Assembly (NCBI GenBank): GCA_003971905.1
Contig: RSEE01000007.1
Location: forward strand, 558,001 to 622,000
Reading direction: 5' to 3'
Length of the DNA: 64,000 nucleotides
Source: Moniliella sp. 'wahieum'
Lineage: Eukaryota
Below, in pieces: positions 52,147 to 63,530 of the stretch; position 1 is the stretch's first letter, and each line of letters starts with the position of its first letter. Position numbers and translations under genes: made by a program. The notes under the pieces are model-generated. The model made no database searches, was not told the DNA's origin, and saw nothing but the letters and a program-made list of their open reading frames with translations.

Positions 52147-52923
52147 ATCTCAGCGCGTACGCTACCCACCCACCTCAACCACCCGCGGCACTAGTCAAAC
52201 AGTCATCCGCCCCAGCTGCCTCGGCCGCCAAAGTCTACCGGGGACGAGGCTTTGTTTTTGCCACTCGCTTGGCTCTCCATCGTGCCAAAACCAACGGCCC
52301 AGAGCGGGCAGCGGGACGGCCATGCACAGCACGCAGCATAGGGCACGCATCGTACTGCCCCCTGGGCGCTGGGGGGGGGTGGGTTCGGGGACTACCGTGG
52401 CTCCCGCTGCGTGCAGCCATGGGAACTTGTCTGGCAAGCAACGGACAACGGACGCTCTTCGCTCTCCTCGAGGGCTGGGCGCGCCGCGTAGGCCCCAAGA
52501 GCGAGCGGGTGCAGTGTCCCTACCTGTACCTTAGCCGCGTTGCTGAACGTTGAGCTTTCGGGTGGCGTGTTGCATGCCCAGCACGTGGGCGCGGCGGGGT
52601 TGGCAGGCAGACAAGCGCGCGCGAGCGCTAGCGTGCTCTGCTCGCTCCTCCGCCCGCACGGCAGGCCGAAGCCGAGCGGCGCGGGTGGGGTGGGGTGGGG
52701 GGCAAGCAGGCAACGAGGCAACGAGGTGGTGCCAAGGGTGCAAGGGACTATGGTGTGGGCGGTGGGTGGAATCAAGGTAGCGTGCCACCCTTCGCGGACG
52801 CGCGGGGGCACGACTATGTTGCCGCGTGGCTTCCGCGCCAACAAGGGTGCATTGCATTGCATGGCAAGATGAGTAGTGTGCACAAGGGAGGCGTGAAGGG
52901 GGAAGAGGGGGGGAGGAGAAAGT

Positions 52924-53519
52924 TTAGCGAGTCGTGTTCTTTTCCAGCAAGTCCTTTGCTTCGTTCACCTCTGTTCGCGGGCGGGGGGGAGGGGGGGGGG
53001 GTTAGCGCATGGCTACAGCGTCAGGGGAGGAGGGGGAGCCGGAGGGAGAAGTAACGTACTGGAGGCAATGTAAGGTGATCCCCCGCGGTCTGGGTGGTTG
53101 GCAATCATCATTCGCCGGTGGGCATCCTTGATTTTGGCCTTGGTCAAGGACGCCTCCCTCAAGCCGAGGATCTGGGACGCTTCCTTCTTGTCCATCTTGG
53201 CTTGGAACCCGCCTTTGGCCCACTTGCCCGACGGGCCCGCACTCGACGACCCCTTCAACAACATCCGAGCCGCCACCGCCGCACCCAGCACCGCCGCACC
53301 AATCAACACGGGCGTCGCGGCCTCGTTGGTGGCAGGCGTAACGTGCAGCGCGGCCGGGCGCGACACTTGCAGCGCCCGCACGGCCGACGTGTGCAACGCC
53401 GCGCGCAACGGCGCAGGACGCGCTCCCAGACCTGGCCTGGCGGCGGGCGGGGCGCGGGCAAGGAGCACCGCAGCACGCGCGGCAGGCCGCAGCGGCAGCG
53501 CAGAGGGCAAGGCAGGCAT
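52924..53519 (-). CDS. PAM18: Mitochondrial import motor J-protein Pam18/Tim14
   Basis: ATPVLIG TM segment, KGGFQAKMDKKEASQILGL, IKDAHRRMMIANHPDRGGSPYIAS[intron ~52971-53059]KVNEAKDLLEK. Confidence 0.93.
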
Positions 53520-54589
53520 GGCGGAGAAGATGGTTTGGGGCTGCGCAGGCGGGCAACCTTCCAGCCGGGGGGCGCCTCGGGACCAAAAAAATCCAGCGGG
53601 CTTGCCTGACGTACTGGCGGGCAGACATGCAAGGCGGATGCTGAGGTAAGCACACACATCCCCTTGCGTATTGAACGTTCAACTTGCGTCTGTCCTAGGA
53701 GAGAAGCCAAGCCACCCTATGTACTGCCTCCTTTTTTTCTACCCTGTGCTACGGCGCGACGTCCCGGACATCCCAACTCCCCAAGAACAGCAACACACAC
53801 ACGTCAACCTTCAAGCTTCAAGCTCATGACCCGCGACGCGGTGCGCAGTACGCTTGGCGCGCAAGGGCAGAAAAGCGTTGGTCTAGCGCGTCGCATATCA
53901 CAACAACCCACAACACCATACGGTGACCCGGTGACAGCTTCAATAAGGAGGGAGGATCGAGGACGAGAGAGAAAAGCGGAGAGAGAGCCAAGAGCCCCCC
54001 CCTCGAGGTAGGTGCGAAGGAAAGGAGGAAGAACCCGGGTGGCACCTGGGTGGAACGTGGAACCGAGGAAACAGGACAAGACAGGAGGGGAGCAGATGCA
54101 GGGAGAGAGACAGAACGGACGGATAGGAATAGACTGATGGCCAGATCGCAGGGGGGGAGGGGGAACACGGAGAGGGAGAGGTCGAATCAGTATAATATAG
54201 AACACTGCGGTTGGCCATCACAAAGGGAAAATACCGCGGCCCGAGTCCCGTCCGGCTCCTGTCTCGTCCAGGCCAGACTGAGACCGGAACTGGACGCAAC
54301 CGGAGGAACGGATGGGACGCACGCAAGCGGATGTAGAGGTGCGAAAACAAACAGGTGAGAGGAAAGTTCATGGAGGGGGTGGTACAGGACGCAGGGTGGC
54401 AGGGGGAGAGGAGGGAAACAACCGCATGCGCCGACGGTCATCGACCCAAGCCAAGCCGGTATACTGGTCAGCATTATACCGATCGAGGGAGAGCTTGACT
54501 TCAGGGCGCGCCCAAGGGCAAGCCCGAAGCCAGGGCGGGCGAACCGTTAGGATCAATGCACATGTTGGCCGTCTTGGGCATAGCCATGC

Positions 54590-56653
54590 TCACCAGCACC
54601 CCGGCCGCCGAAGCGCCGTCAGGCTTGGCACGCTCCTCATCCCACCGGCGTCACCCACCAGCGTGGTCTGGGACCACCGACTGGTCGCCGTCGCCGTCGA
54701 CGTCCGTCGGTCTACCGACGCACCCGAGCCGTCCGAGTCGGGACTGGGACCGGTGGTGCGATCCTGGTCCTCGGACAAAGGTGGCTCACGGTTTACCAGC
54801 CCCGTCAACTTGTTGTCCCTTGGTATTTCCGGCGAAGTACAGGACGAAGGAGGGACCGGACCCGGCGCATACGAACCAGCCAAGTCCGTTGTTAGCCCAT
54901 TCCACCGCGCCTTTTTGGACGCCGGGGGGGCTAGGGAACCGCAGCGTCCATCCCAGTACCCGGTGCGCTGGCTGCGGTAGGCGGGCCGCGACGCGGATGG
55001 GAGCCAAGGCTGAGGCCGATCGTAGACCCCATCAGCAGACCAGGACCTTCGCTCTTTGGTGTGGCCGGGTCCATCGAGACGGAAAGCATGGTAGGGGACC
55101 GGGCGCGTTGCGCATCGGTTTCCTTTCCTCCCATCCCTCCCCGCCCTGGTGACGCGGACACCGACCCCGCCCGATCCCAAGAAGGACTGGTGGGCTGTCT
55201 CTCATCCCGCCAAGCGGTGCGGTCCGCGTCGGCCGTGTAGGTGCGGTGGCGGTGGGGTGCCACGGGAGGCTCAGAGGGGAGGGGCAACAGCGATGATCCT
55301 TGGTCTTGGTGCCGGTCTTGGTCTCGGTCTTGGTCTCGGTCTTGGTCTCGGTCTTGATCTTGGTCTTGATCATGGGGGTTGCTGTTGGAGTTGAGATTGC
55401 TCCAACTCCAGCTCGGGATCGGGGTACTCCACCTCGTCCACCTCGGTCGCCCAGCCGGTCAACTTGTCGGTAAACCGAGGATCATCGTCAATCCGCCTCA
55501 GGCTGCCGTCCAACAAGTCATGCTTGTGGTAGTACGAGATGACGTGCATCTTGCGGCCCGAGGTGGTGGTCATGGTGAACGACTGCTTGATCAGTCCACT
55601 TGTACTGATTTTGCGTCGGACAGCCCGGGGCACCCGACCGGCTACAAGGCAAACCAAAACCGCGTCGTCATCGTCAGCCAACCGGATCTTTTACAGCTGG
55701 GGGCCCGCAAACACGCGAGACATGCGGCCCAAAACGCACTACAAAGAGCAAAAAAATGGGCGAGAGGGGGGGGGAAGTGGAGACGTACTGCTTGCGCACC
55801 AGTAGCTCACGATACGTGAGGAAACATCCGTGTACGCGGCTCGCGGACCAGACGCGGCCGTCGGTCCAACGGCGAATGCCGGCTTCCTCCTCGTCCCAGA
55901 CAAACACGTTGCCCGAACGGATCAAGTCAGCCCGTTCGGCATCGAGCAGACGGCGGGGGATGCGCCGGGGCGGCGAGTGCGGTGTGTCGGCAGGCGCATC
56001 GCATGCGGCCATGAGCTTGATGGCCTCTTTGGTGGTTTGGATGAACCCAACGTAGGTGGGCTTCTGCTGGTACAGAGGCAGGCTGGCCAGCTGGTGGACC
56101 GTGGCGCTAGAGGGGGCGGTGGTGGCGGAGGCAGCGGCAGCGGCAGCGGCAGCAGCAGCCGTGGCCGGTGCGGCAGAGGCGGGGGGGTGGCAGAGGCGGG
56201 AGTGGAGGTGGAGGCAAAGGCAGGCAGGAAGGGGAGGCCGACCATGAGGGAGGGGTCGGGGAGGCGCGGGCGGTAGGGGAGCATGTCGGAGAAGCTGCTG
56301 GGATGGGAGAGGTAGACGGGCGGGGCGCGGTCGCGGTCGTCATAGTACGCGGGGGGGTGTTGGGCAGCGGGCGGGGGCGGCGGCAGGGAGGCAGGCGGGT
56401 ACTCGGGCGAGACGAGCAGGGCGGTGGGGGAGGAGCGGAGGTAGAGGGTGGGCTCGGGTGCATAGTGGGCCGACAGGTACTCGGGTGCCGGCGGGACTGG
56501 CGGGGCGGGCGGGGCGGGCGGGACAGGCGGGTAGGCGGCGGAGGTGCTGCGCGGGGCAGGCAGGGCGCGGCTATCCCAGGCAAAGGCGGCGGACGCAGCA
56601 GGCGCCGTGCCGGCGCTGGGCGCGTAGCGGGGGTAGTAGTAGCCGTCCTGCAT
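54590..56653 (-). CDS. Gti1/Pac2 (WOPR) transcription factor, Pac2-like clade
   Basis: WOPRa: TYVGFIQTTKEAIKL..AC..RIPRRL...ER..IRSGNVFVWDEEEAGIRRWTDGRVWSASRVHGCFLTYREL. WOPRb: GLIKQSFTMTT.SG..MHVISYY. Intron ~55739-55789. Pro-rich N-terminus; 3' end uncertain. Confidence 0.92.
55300..55372 (-). repeat. Hexamer repeat within the WOPR gene, probably encoding (D-Q/R)n
   Basis: (ggtctt/ggtctc/gatctt) x about 11; minus-strand reading DQDQDQDRDQDRDQDR. Confidence 0.75.
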
Positions 56654-58867
56654 TGCTCAGCGCCACGGCACACAGGTGTCTGCGATGTGCACCGAGAGGA
56701 GGAGGTGGTGGCACAGACGCACGCCGTCGTCGTCGCCGCGCGGGCACTTCCACCCGCGTCCTCGGCGGCCTGCTCTCTTGCGGCTGCTGGGGATGCGTAG
56801 TGGGATAGGCAGCGGCGTCGCACAGCTCAGCGGAGGCTATGTGGAGCCGCTTGCGTGTCGGACAGCAGGCAGCCGCCGCAGCACGCATCAATATTCAATG
56901 CATCTGCATCACCCTCGCTTGTCTGGCCCCGCTCCACGCCGCTCCGGCGTGCCTGGCCAGCCCACACGCAGCACCCGCCGCACACTCCCCCCGCGCCCAC
57001 GCCTTCTACCCGCGGTGGCCACCCATCACACATCCATCAGCCACCGCACACCAGCATGTCAATGTCACACGAAAACACCTGCCCCCCCGGTGGCTATGTA
57101 TGCCTCCAGCCGCCTGCATTGGTCCGCGCCTGGCCTTGTCCTTTCGGCACGGCCCTCACTCAGTACTGACACACTCACCAGGGCTACGTAGCACGCACTA
57201 CGTAGCCCACTCCACTGGTGTACGTGCCCAAAGGAATGGTCAATGGATATTGCAATCGCACCCACTGCCTGGCCACCCCGCAGGGCTGTCACAAACCCAC
57301 CGCGGTATACTCAGTCTGAGTACTCAACCTAGCCACCCAGTACCCACTGCCCTACCCCCTGGAGCGCTTGAGTGCCAGAACGCTTTTCAAGCAAAGCTTG
57401 ACTTGCTTCTGCCCCCCCCCCGCTGCGCTGCTGCGGCGCTGGCGTGCACCAACCACAGCTCCCCCACTCCGCTGTCAGTACTCAGTACTCAGTCCCTTCC
57501 CTTCCCTATCCCGTGTCCCATGTTCCACGTCCTTGCCGCCCACCCGCGCCTGCGCCCTGCCCGGCTGGAAACCCTTGCGCAACAGTGCGTACTAGCGATT
57601 AGCGCAATAATGGTATTTCGGTGTTTTTCTTATTAGCACGTGTGGTTGTTCCTATGGCACCAGATCGCTCCTGTGTGCCCGCCCTGGGCAGCAGAACGCT
57701 CTGTGGTTTGGGTTCAAAACGTTGCGGTGAGGCGTTGAAATGTGAAGCTTCAGCGACTTCAAGCTTCAAGCTTCAAGCTTCAAGCTTCAACATACCTTCA
57801 ACAAGGAACCTTGACGGTGACATACGCTGCCACAGCAGCAGTGCCACCGCCCATCCTCGCGTCCTCCCCACTTTCGCCTTTGCCTCTGCCCATATGCCTC
57901 AGTGCCTAAAGGTCTAAAGCTTAAAGGCTCTCGGCCGAACACAGTGATAGCGATTATTTCGATTATTGACGCTCGTCGATGATCGATGATATACGATACC
58001 CCCCAGTCCCTGCGTTTTCCCACCGCGCAATGACGCATACAAATGATGGGTCCCCCGTTCTAGGCTGTTCCATCTATCATGCCTGGATGTATAGGGGGGT
58101 GTTGCACGTTGCACGTTCAGTTGAACGTTGAACGTTGAACATTGAACTCAAACGGGGAGCTGAACTTACCGGCCGAGCCGGGAGGGCTGGGCAGAGCTGG
58201 CAAGACAAAGCCCGGGAGAGGTCGATGATGTTGACGACGATGGAAATGGCATGCGGGATGAGTGTGACGTCTGTGACTTGTGACAGCGTCACACACGAAT
58301 CGTTAAACCCACCGCAGCAATGTGGCGCAGCGTGACGCGTGAAGCGTGAATAGTGAACTAGTGAATATTGAATGGTACATGATGCATGATGCATGATACA
58401 TGATGCATGATGCTGAGATGGACGATCAGTGATCATCGATCAATATTCAATGATTAATCTCTAGTATTTAATGATAGTAATGAGATCTGAGACAGAGATG
58501 TCAAATCTCCGAACCGGGATTTGGGGGTGCGGGAAGCTGGAAGTGGGAGTGGAAAGGGCAAAACATGTCAAAGTAGTGTCAAGCATGACGCATGTCAAGC
58601 TCTTCAAGCTTCAAGCTTCAAGCTTCAAGCCTGTCAAAGCTTCGTCATGCGTCACGCGCGTCACGTGCCATATGTCACACGCCACCCACCATGCAGCAGG
58701 CATCAAGCGCCAGTCATCGATCATCGATCATCGTTGGTACGATTAGTCGCCGTTTCCTAATGGTAAACGCTCGATTAGAAATAAATCGATAGAAAAATCC
58801 AGTACCCTAGTCTAAGATCCAAGCATTAAACGAAACGTTAAACATTAACCACGTCACGCGTCACGCG

Positions 58868-58916
58868 CGTCACGGGTGGCCAGTAACTAGTGACTAGTAA
58901 CTGGCCACCCGTGACG
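58868..58916. repeat. 49-bp near-perfect palindrome (24-bp arms, 1-nt centre)
   Basis: CGTCACGGGTGGCCAGTAACTAGT-G-ACTAGTAACTGGCCACCCGTGACG, one mismatch. Confidence 0.95.
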
Positions 58917-59092
58917 GCGACGGCGACCAGGCGACCCTGTATATTTGGCCGCACGTGCCAACCTCCGCAACGTCAAACGTCTGCAACGTACAATTCAAAC
59001 GTAAAGCAGCCTAAAGCTTATAGCTCGAAGGAATACATACGGTTCTGATCTCAGAACTGAGTTCCAGATCTTCAACGTTCAACGACGCACAT

Positions 59093-59160
59093 ACAACCGT
59101 ACAACCGTCGTACAACCGACGTACAACCGTACAACCGTACCAACCGCGGCAACCGTAACC
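59093..59160. repeat. Octamer tandem repeat (TACAACCG) x about 5-7, degenerate
   Basis: tacaaccg tacaaccg tcg tacaaccg acg tacaaccg tacaaccg taccaaccg read directly. Confidence 0.85.
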
Positions 59161-62030
59161 AGTAACTAGTAACTAGTAACCGATAACCGGCGCTCTCGCG
59201 TCTTCGCTCGCAGCGGCCCGACCACTGCGCCTACTGCGCCCCGCTCGTACCCGCCACCGCTCACGGTGAAGTCACCGGCCAGGGCGACCTCTCTGATTTG
59301 GCCGTGGATAGGCCAAGGGCCAAGGCCTAAGGCCTAAGGAGTTGGGGCCATGGCGGCGCTGCATTTTTTGTCGGCTGTCATCGGACCCGAACCGATACCA
59401 AAAGCTCCGGGCCAGAGTCCACTGCGTACATACTGCTTGTGGGTACTGAACGTACTGTATGTACAGAGTGCCACTTCTCATATGTGGGTGTCAGGGATGA
59501 TCGATGATCGATGATCGATGATCAATGAGTCGATGAGGCCGATGGGCCTGAAGCTATAGAAGCTTGAAGGCTGACGCACTTTGTGAGCTTCAGTCCTCAG
59601 ATGCATGATAATGGATAGCATCGATGAGAAGCTGAGTACTGAGTCTCGGCTCTCGGTATACTGAGGCCCTGAGGCCAGGCCTGAGGGCTTCTCTATACAC
59701 CCCCCTCCTCGGTCTTTCAATTGGAGCGGTTAACGTTTGCAAGGGGAAGCTTCAAGCTTTTAAATTAGCTTCACGCGTCACCGGTCACCCGTCACGTGTG
59801 ATGCCATTAAGGTCATTCTAGGAAGCTTGATTTGATCCTAGATGACTCGACGTGACGTACCTCGATCGATAGCTTCAAGCTGGAATCCAACGGTCGCCAC
59901 TGGTCCTACTCGGACAGAGGTAAACGCAGTGTACTATATCTGGGCTGCGACCCGAGCGAGCGGTGGCGGGGCGGGCAAAAGTGTGAGAAATGATTAATGA
60001 CGGGTCCCGTGGACGTGTGGAAGTTTATTATTGCTGAGAGTCGATTGAGATATATGGCCCAACAAGCATCCGTACGGCCTGAGACGTCCGACCTGTCATT
60101 AATTGCAGCCAAGTACTAAAACGAATCGGTAGCGACACCGCCTTTGCCCACGAGAAATCGTTCCCAACGGAAGGTGGAGCAACTTGTGCACAAACGCGCC
60201 AAAAAAACCGTATATACTGTCTCTCGGGCGTGACTCTTTGTAAACATCAGGAAACGATCAAGGGCGGGGACGGTGTGGTGATGGCGGTTGATTCGATAAG
60301 AAGAGGTGGAGTGCAAAAAGCTTTCAGCCAAGGTTGATGGTATTGCGTTGTTGCCCCACAGGCGGCGGTAGGGAAGAGGTCAGAGGTGAGCAATAACGAC
60401 TGCTGGTTTCTTATGGACGATAAGCCGACATGGATGCAATTCAAGCCCAGTCTCAGAGGTGCGACGGGAGAGGTGCTTTGCGGTAGAGGTTATAATTCGT
60501 CGCCGGATGGCGGGTTAATAGGTACGACGAAGAGTCCCCAACGACTGGGACATATGAAAGTGAGTATCGCAACGAGACGCGAATGAGAAGAGTTGTGATC
60601 GCGTCGCCTCGTATGATCTGGGAAAAGAATGAACAATCCGGATGGAATGCGCAAGAATTGGATTGAAAGAGGAGAAGATACTGTGACCGCCTCGGAGGCG
60701 TTTAGGGGTATACTTGGTTCCCACAGTGTAAAAAACGAGGTGGTCGATCCTTGGGGAGTGAGTGCTGTCCAACGCTGCTCTTGGCGCTTGGTTACCTTGT
60801 GGATTCGAGCAGGGGTTGGGCGAAACTGTCATTTCTTTTGCTCTCCTCGGTAGCGCGGGCGTGGTTGTGTGGCGTTGGCACTGGTGCACCCGTTCGTTTT
60901 CCCGAACCAGCGCGCACTCTTTCCCCGGGTAAATCGATGCGATTTGGACCAAAACCCACGTTGGGGCTCGAAGAGTAGAGGTCTCAGTATTAGGTACAGC
61001 AGTTGCTTCTTCGGCACCGTTTTCTGCTCATCGACCTGTAACCAATGTAGCCTAAATGATCATTACACTAGTTGTCCATCGTCTCTCTTCCATCATCTTG
61101 ACTACCTCCAAATCCCCCACCTCGAGAGACTTTGTTCTTGCTCTGTCAGTCCTTACTAGTTGGTCAGCTATTCGCCCCCACACAATTAGGGCGCCTACTT
61201 CTGCCCCTTGCCCCGCAGGAGGCCAGTTCGTGGTACCCCTCTTCTTCAGACGGTGCTATTGTAGGCCAAGTGATAGGCCAGCAGGTTACCATTGTTGCTA
61301 CTGTTTATACATTCGTACCGCCATTCATGCTGGAAGACGTCCAGCCCTGAAGCTCGTTCGCGTTGAGCGCGACCCATGCTGTGGGGTGCACCCTCTCCCC
61401 AAATAAAGAAGCAAATCGAGGCTCTATACTACTGGAGCATTGCCGAAGGGGGAGAGACAGGGTCAGCCGTAGGACGGTGAGACGTTTTCGTGCTTGCAAC
61501 GTGGTGGCAGGCACCAACAGCGAGGTTGACCCCGCTGGGGTCACGGTTGGGGGTAGGGAAGGGTACGTGGCGATGGGCTGCGAGGAGTAGGATACAGGAG
61601 AACTCAAGATGTGTGCTATGCTATGCTGTGCCGATACGAGGGCCAGACGAGGGCCCAAGCGGAGCGTGCGTGTGTGGAGGGGGGGTTGACGGCCTGGGCC
61701 TAGGGACAGGGGAAAGAGTGGACCTAACCCCGTTTCCCCAGGCGCTCCTGTCCCACCTCACCAACCTGGCGTCCAGCCTGACGGTGTGAAAGCAGCCTCG
61801 TGTTGGCCGAACCCAAAGTCTACTGCTATTCGTCTATATGCAGTCCCCGACTGGTATAGGTTCAGCCTGACCTGCGACGTCCCACGTTCCACCGAGGCAG
61901 TCGGCCAAGACAACGAAAGTGAAGGGAGTATTCAGTGGGTATGATGGTCAAGATACAGAGATAGAGGAGAGGGCCTGGCATAGTCCCCACGTGCCGTCAG
62001 GCCATCGGGGCAGGCAGCACATCCCCTACC

Positions 62031-63223
62031 TTAATCCAACGTTCTCCGATCTTCTCGGCGCCGGCGTCGTCCATGACCATGGGGGGACGGGATCGGCCCA
62101 TTCCGCCGCGTGGCTGGTGCCCGCTTGGCCTTACTGGAAGGATCGGATTTGCGTGGCCGCTTGCGTTCGGGCCAGGGGACGTGAGGACGAGTATGGAGGA
62201 CAGGGGGAGTGCTGTGGACCGAACTGCGCGCCGCATCCTCATACAACGTCTCATCCAGCTCATCCGAGTACTCATCCACCTCACTGGATGCAGCACTTGC
62301 ACTTCGATCTTGTCTCCTCCGGAAAGAGGTGCCAGGCTTGGCCGCGTAGGCAGCAAAGCCCAGGCCAGTGGAGAGGGGCTGGGGAGAAGAGAGACGAGGC
62401 GCGTCGGAAGGAAGCGAAAATCCAAACTCTAGGGTTGAAGGAGGCGGAGCCAGACTCGCTTTCAGCGACACGGGATCCGTCGACTCGGAAGAGGCACATG
62501 GAGGCGAGGTAGGAGCCAGGATGGTAGGGACGCTCACTGGGGTACCCCCCTCCGGAATAGATGAGGGAGTGCCAGTGGATGGCGCTGGTCCAGGCAAACT
62601 GGATGCGGCCCTGGTCCAAGCCGGGCGGGAGAGAATGGCTTGAACTCGTTGGGCGTCGAGAGAGGCAGCGCTGGAAGCAGGTGGGGCGCCTTGGGGGCCA
62701 GGCACTGGATCCGACGCAGTAATGGAGATAGCAGGGGAGGCCGAGCAGGCAGTGGCAGCAGCCGCGGCAGCTCCGGCGCCAGTGCCCGTGGTGGTGCCGG
62801 CGGCTATGCCTGGCGCACTAGCGAGGGCGGGAGATGAAGGTGGCGGCACCGAAGAAGCATGCTGGGGGGGCGGGGTGCCGATGGAACTGGGCGGCCGAGG
62901 CGGCGGTGGGGCTGGGTCGTCGTCAGGGTCGTCGGGGCAGTGAGGGCATCGACACGGGCGGTGAGGTGGCAGTGGAGCCAGGCGAGAGTGTCGGCAGGGG
63001 CATCGTGCGGGGAGGAAGCGGAGCGGGCGGCAAGGCCGGCCTTGATGTCGGTGAGGGCGGCGAGGTAGCCGGCGCGGTGGGCGGAGGCGGCGGCGGTGTG
63101 GGCGGAGCGGAAGAGGGAGGTGAGGTGGCGGGCGGCGGCCTTGAACTCGGTGGAGAGCCGCTCGGTGTCGACGGCGGCCGAGGAGGGATCGAGGGTGTCG
63201 CCGAGGCGTCCCAGCGAGTCCAT
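62031..63223 (-). CDS. HAPSTR1/C16orf72 (DUF4588)-like protein
   Basis: LSTEFKAAARHLTSLFRSA..A.RAGYLAALTDI resembles the F..AA..VT.LYK...GY....D helix of the HAPSTR1 family. Disordered tail ends in a basic NLS-like RKRPRK..KAKR..RRRRR. One frameshift near 62930. Confidence 0.6.
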
Positions 63224-63477
63224 CGCAGCGAGCGAGCGAGGGGAACAGCAGGGGGGGCAACAGGCGTGGCGGCAAGCGAAGCGATGGCAGACGCAGGCCC
63301 TGGCGCAGCAAGGCGGCGGCCCGATTAATGAGTGGTCGGTGGGCCTGCATGCTCCTGCAGGCAGCGGGGCAGTGTGTGTGCTCTGCCCCCAGCTAGCCCG
63401 GGCTGACGTAACCAATGTGATCAAATTTCCGCCTTGCCCGGGCAGGTGTGCCCGGCGTCCGCATGGGCGTCCCCCAG

Positions 63478-63530
63478 GTGGAGGCAGGCAGGTGGAGGCA
63501 GGCAGTGGAGGCAGGCAGTGGAGGCACGGC
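63478..63530. repeat. GC-rich ~13-bp minisatellite (GTGGAGGCAGGCA) x about 3.5
   Basis: gtggaggcaggcag gtggaggcaggca gtggaggcaggca gtggaggcac read directly. Confidence 0.8.

Larger units (their letters stand above)
57476..59880. repeat. Cluster of palindromic-heptamer microsatellites
   Basis: (AGTACTC) 57476-57493; (AAGCTTC)x4 57757-57790 and x3 58602-58630; (AACGTTG) 58120-58147; (ATGCATG) 58378-58412; (ATCGATC) 58714-58733; (ACGCGTC) 58851-58874; (ACTAGTA) 59161-59180; (AGGCCTA) 59318-59339; (ATCGATG) 59496-59523. Confidence 0.9.

Noticed and set aside
11738..53519. Apparent cluster of mitochondrial import/IMS genes (TOM22, MIC10, Mix14-like, PAM18, CAT2)
   Set aside because: They are interspersed with unrelated genes over 40 kb with no shared motif seen; compatible with chance.
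57757..59523. CRISPR array or restriction-site/synthetic polylinker interpretation of the palindromic repeats
   Set aside because: Eukaryotic context, no repeat-spacer structure, and the palindromes occur as degenerate tandem arrays scattered over many intergenic regions rather than as a vector-like linker.
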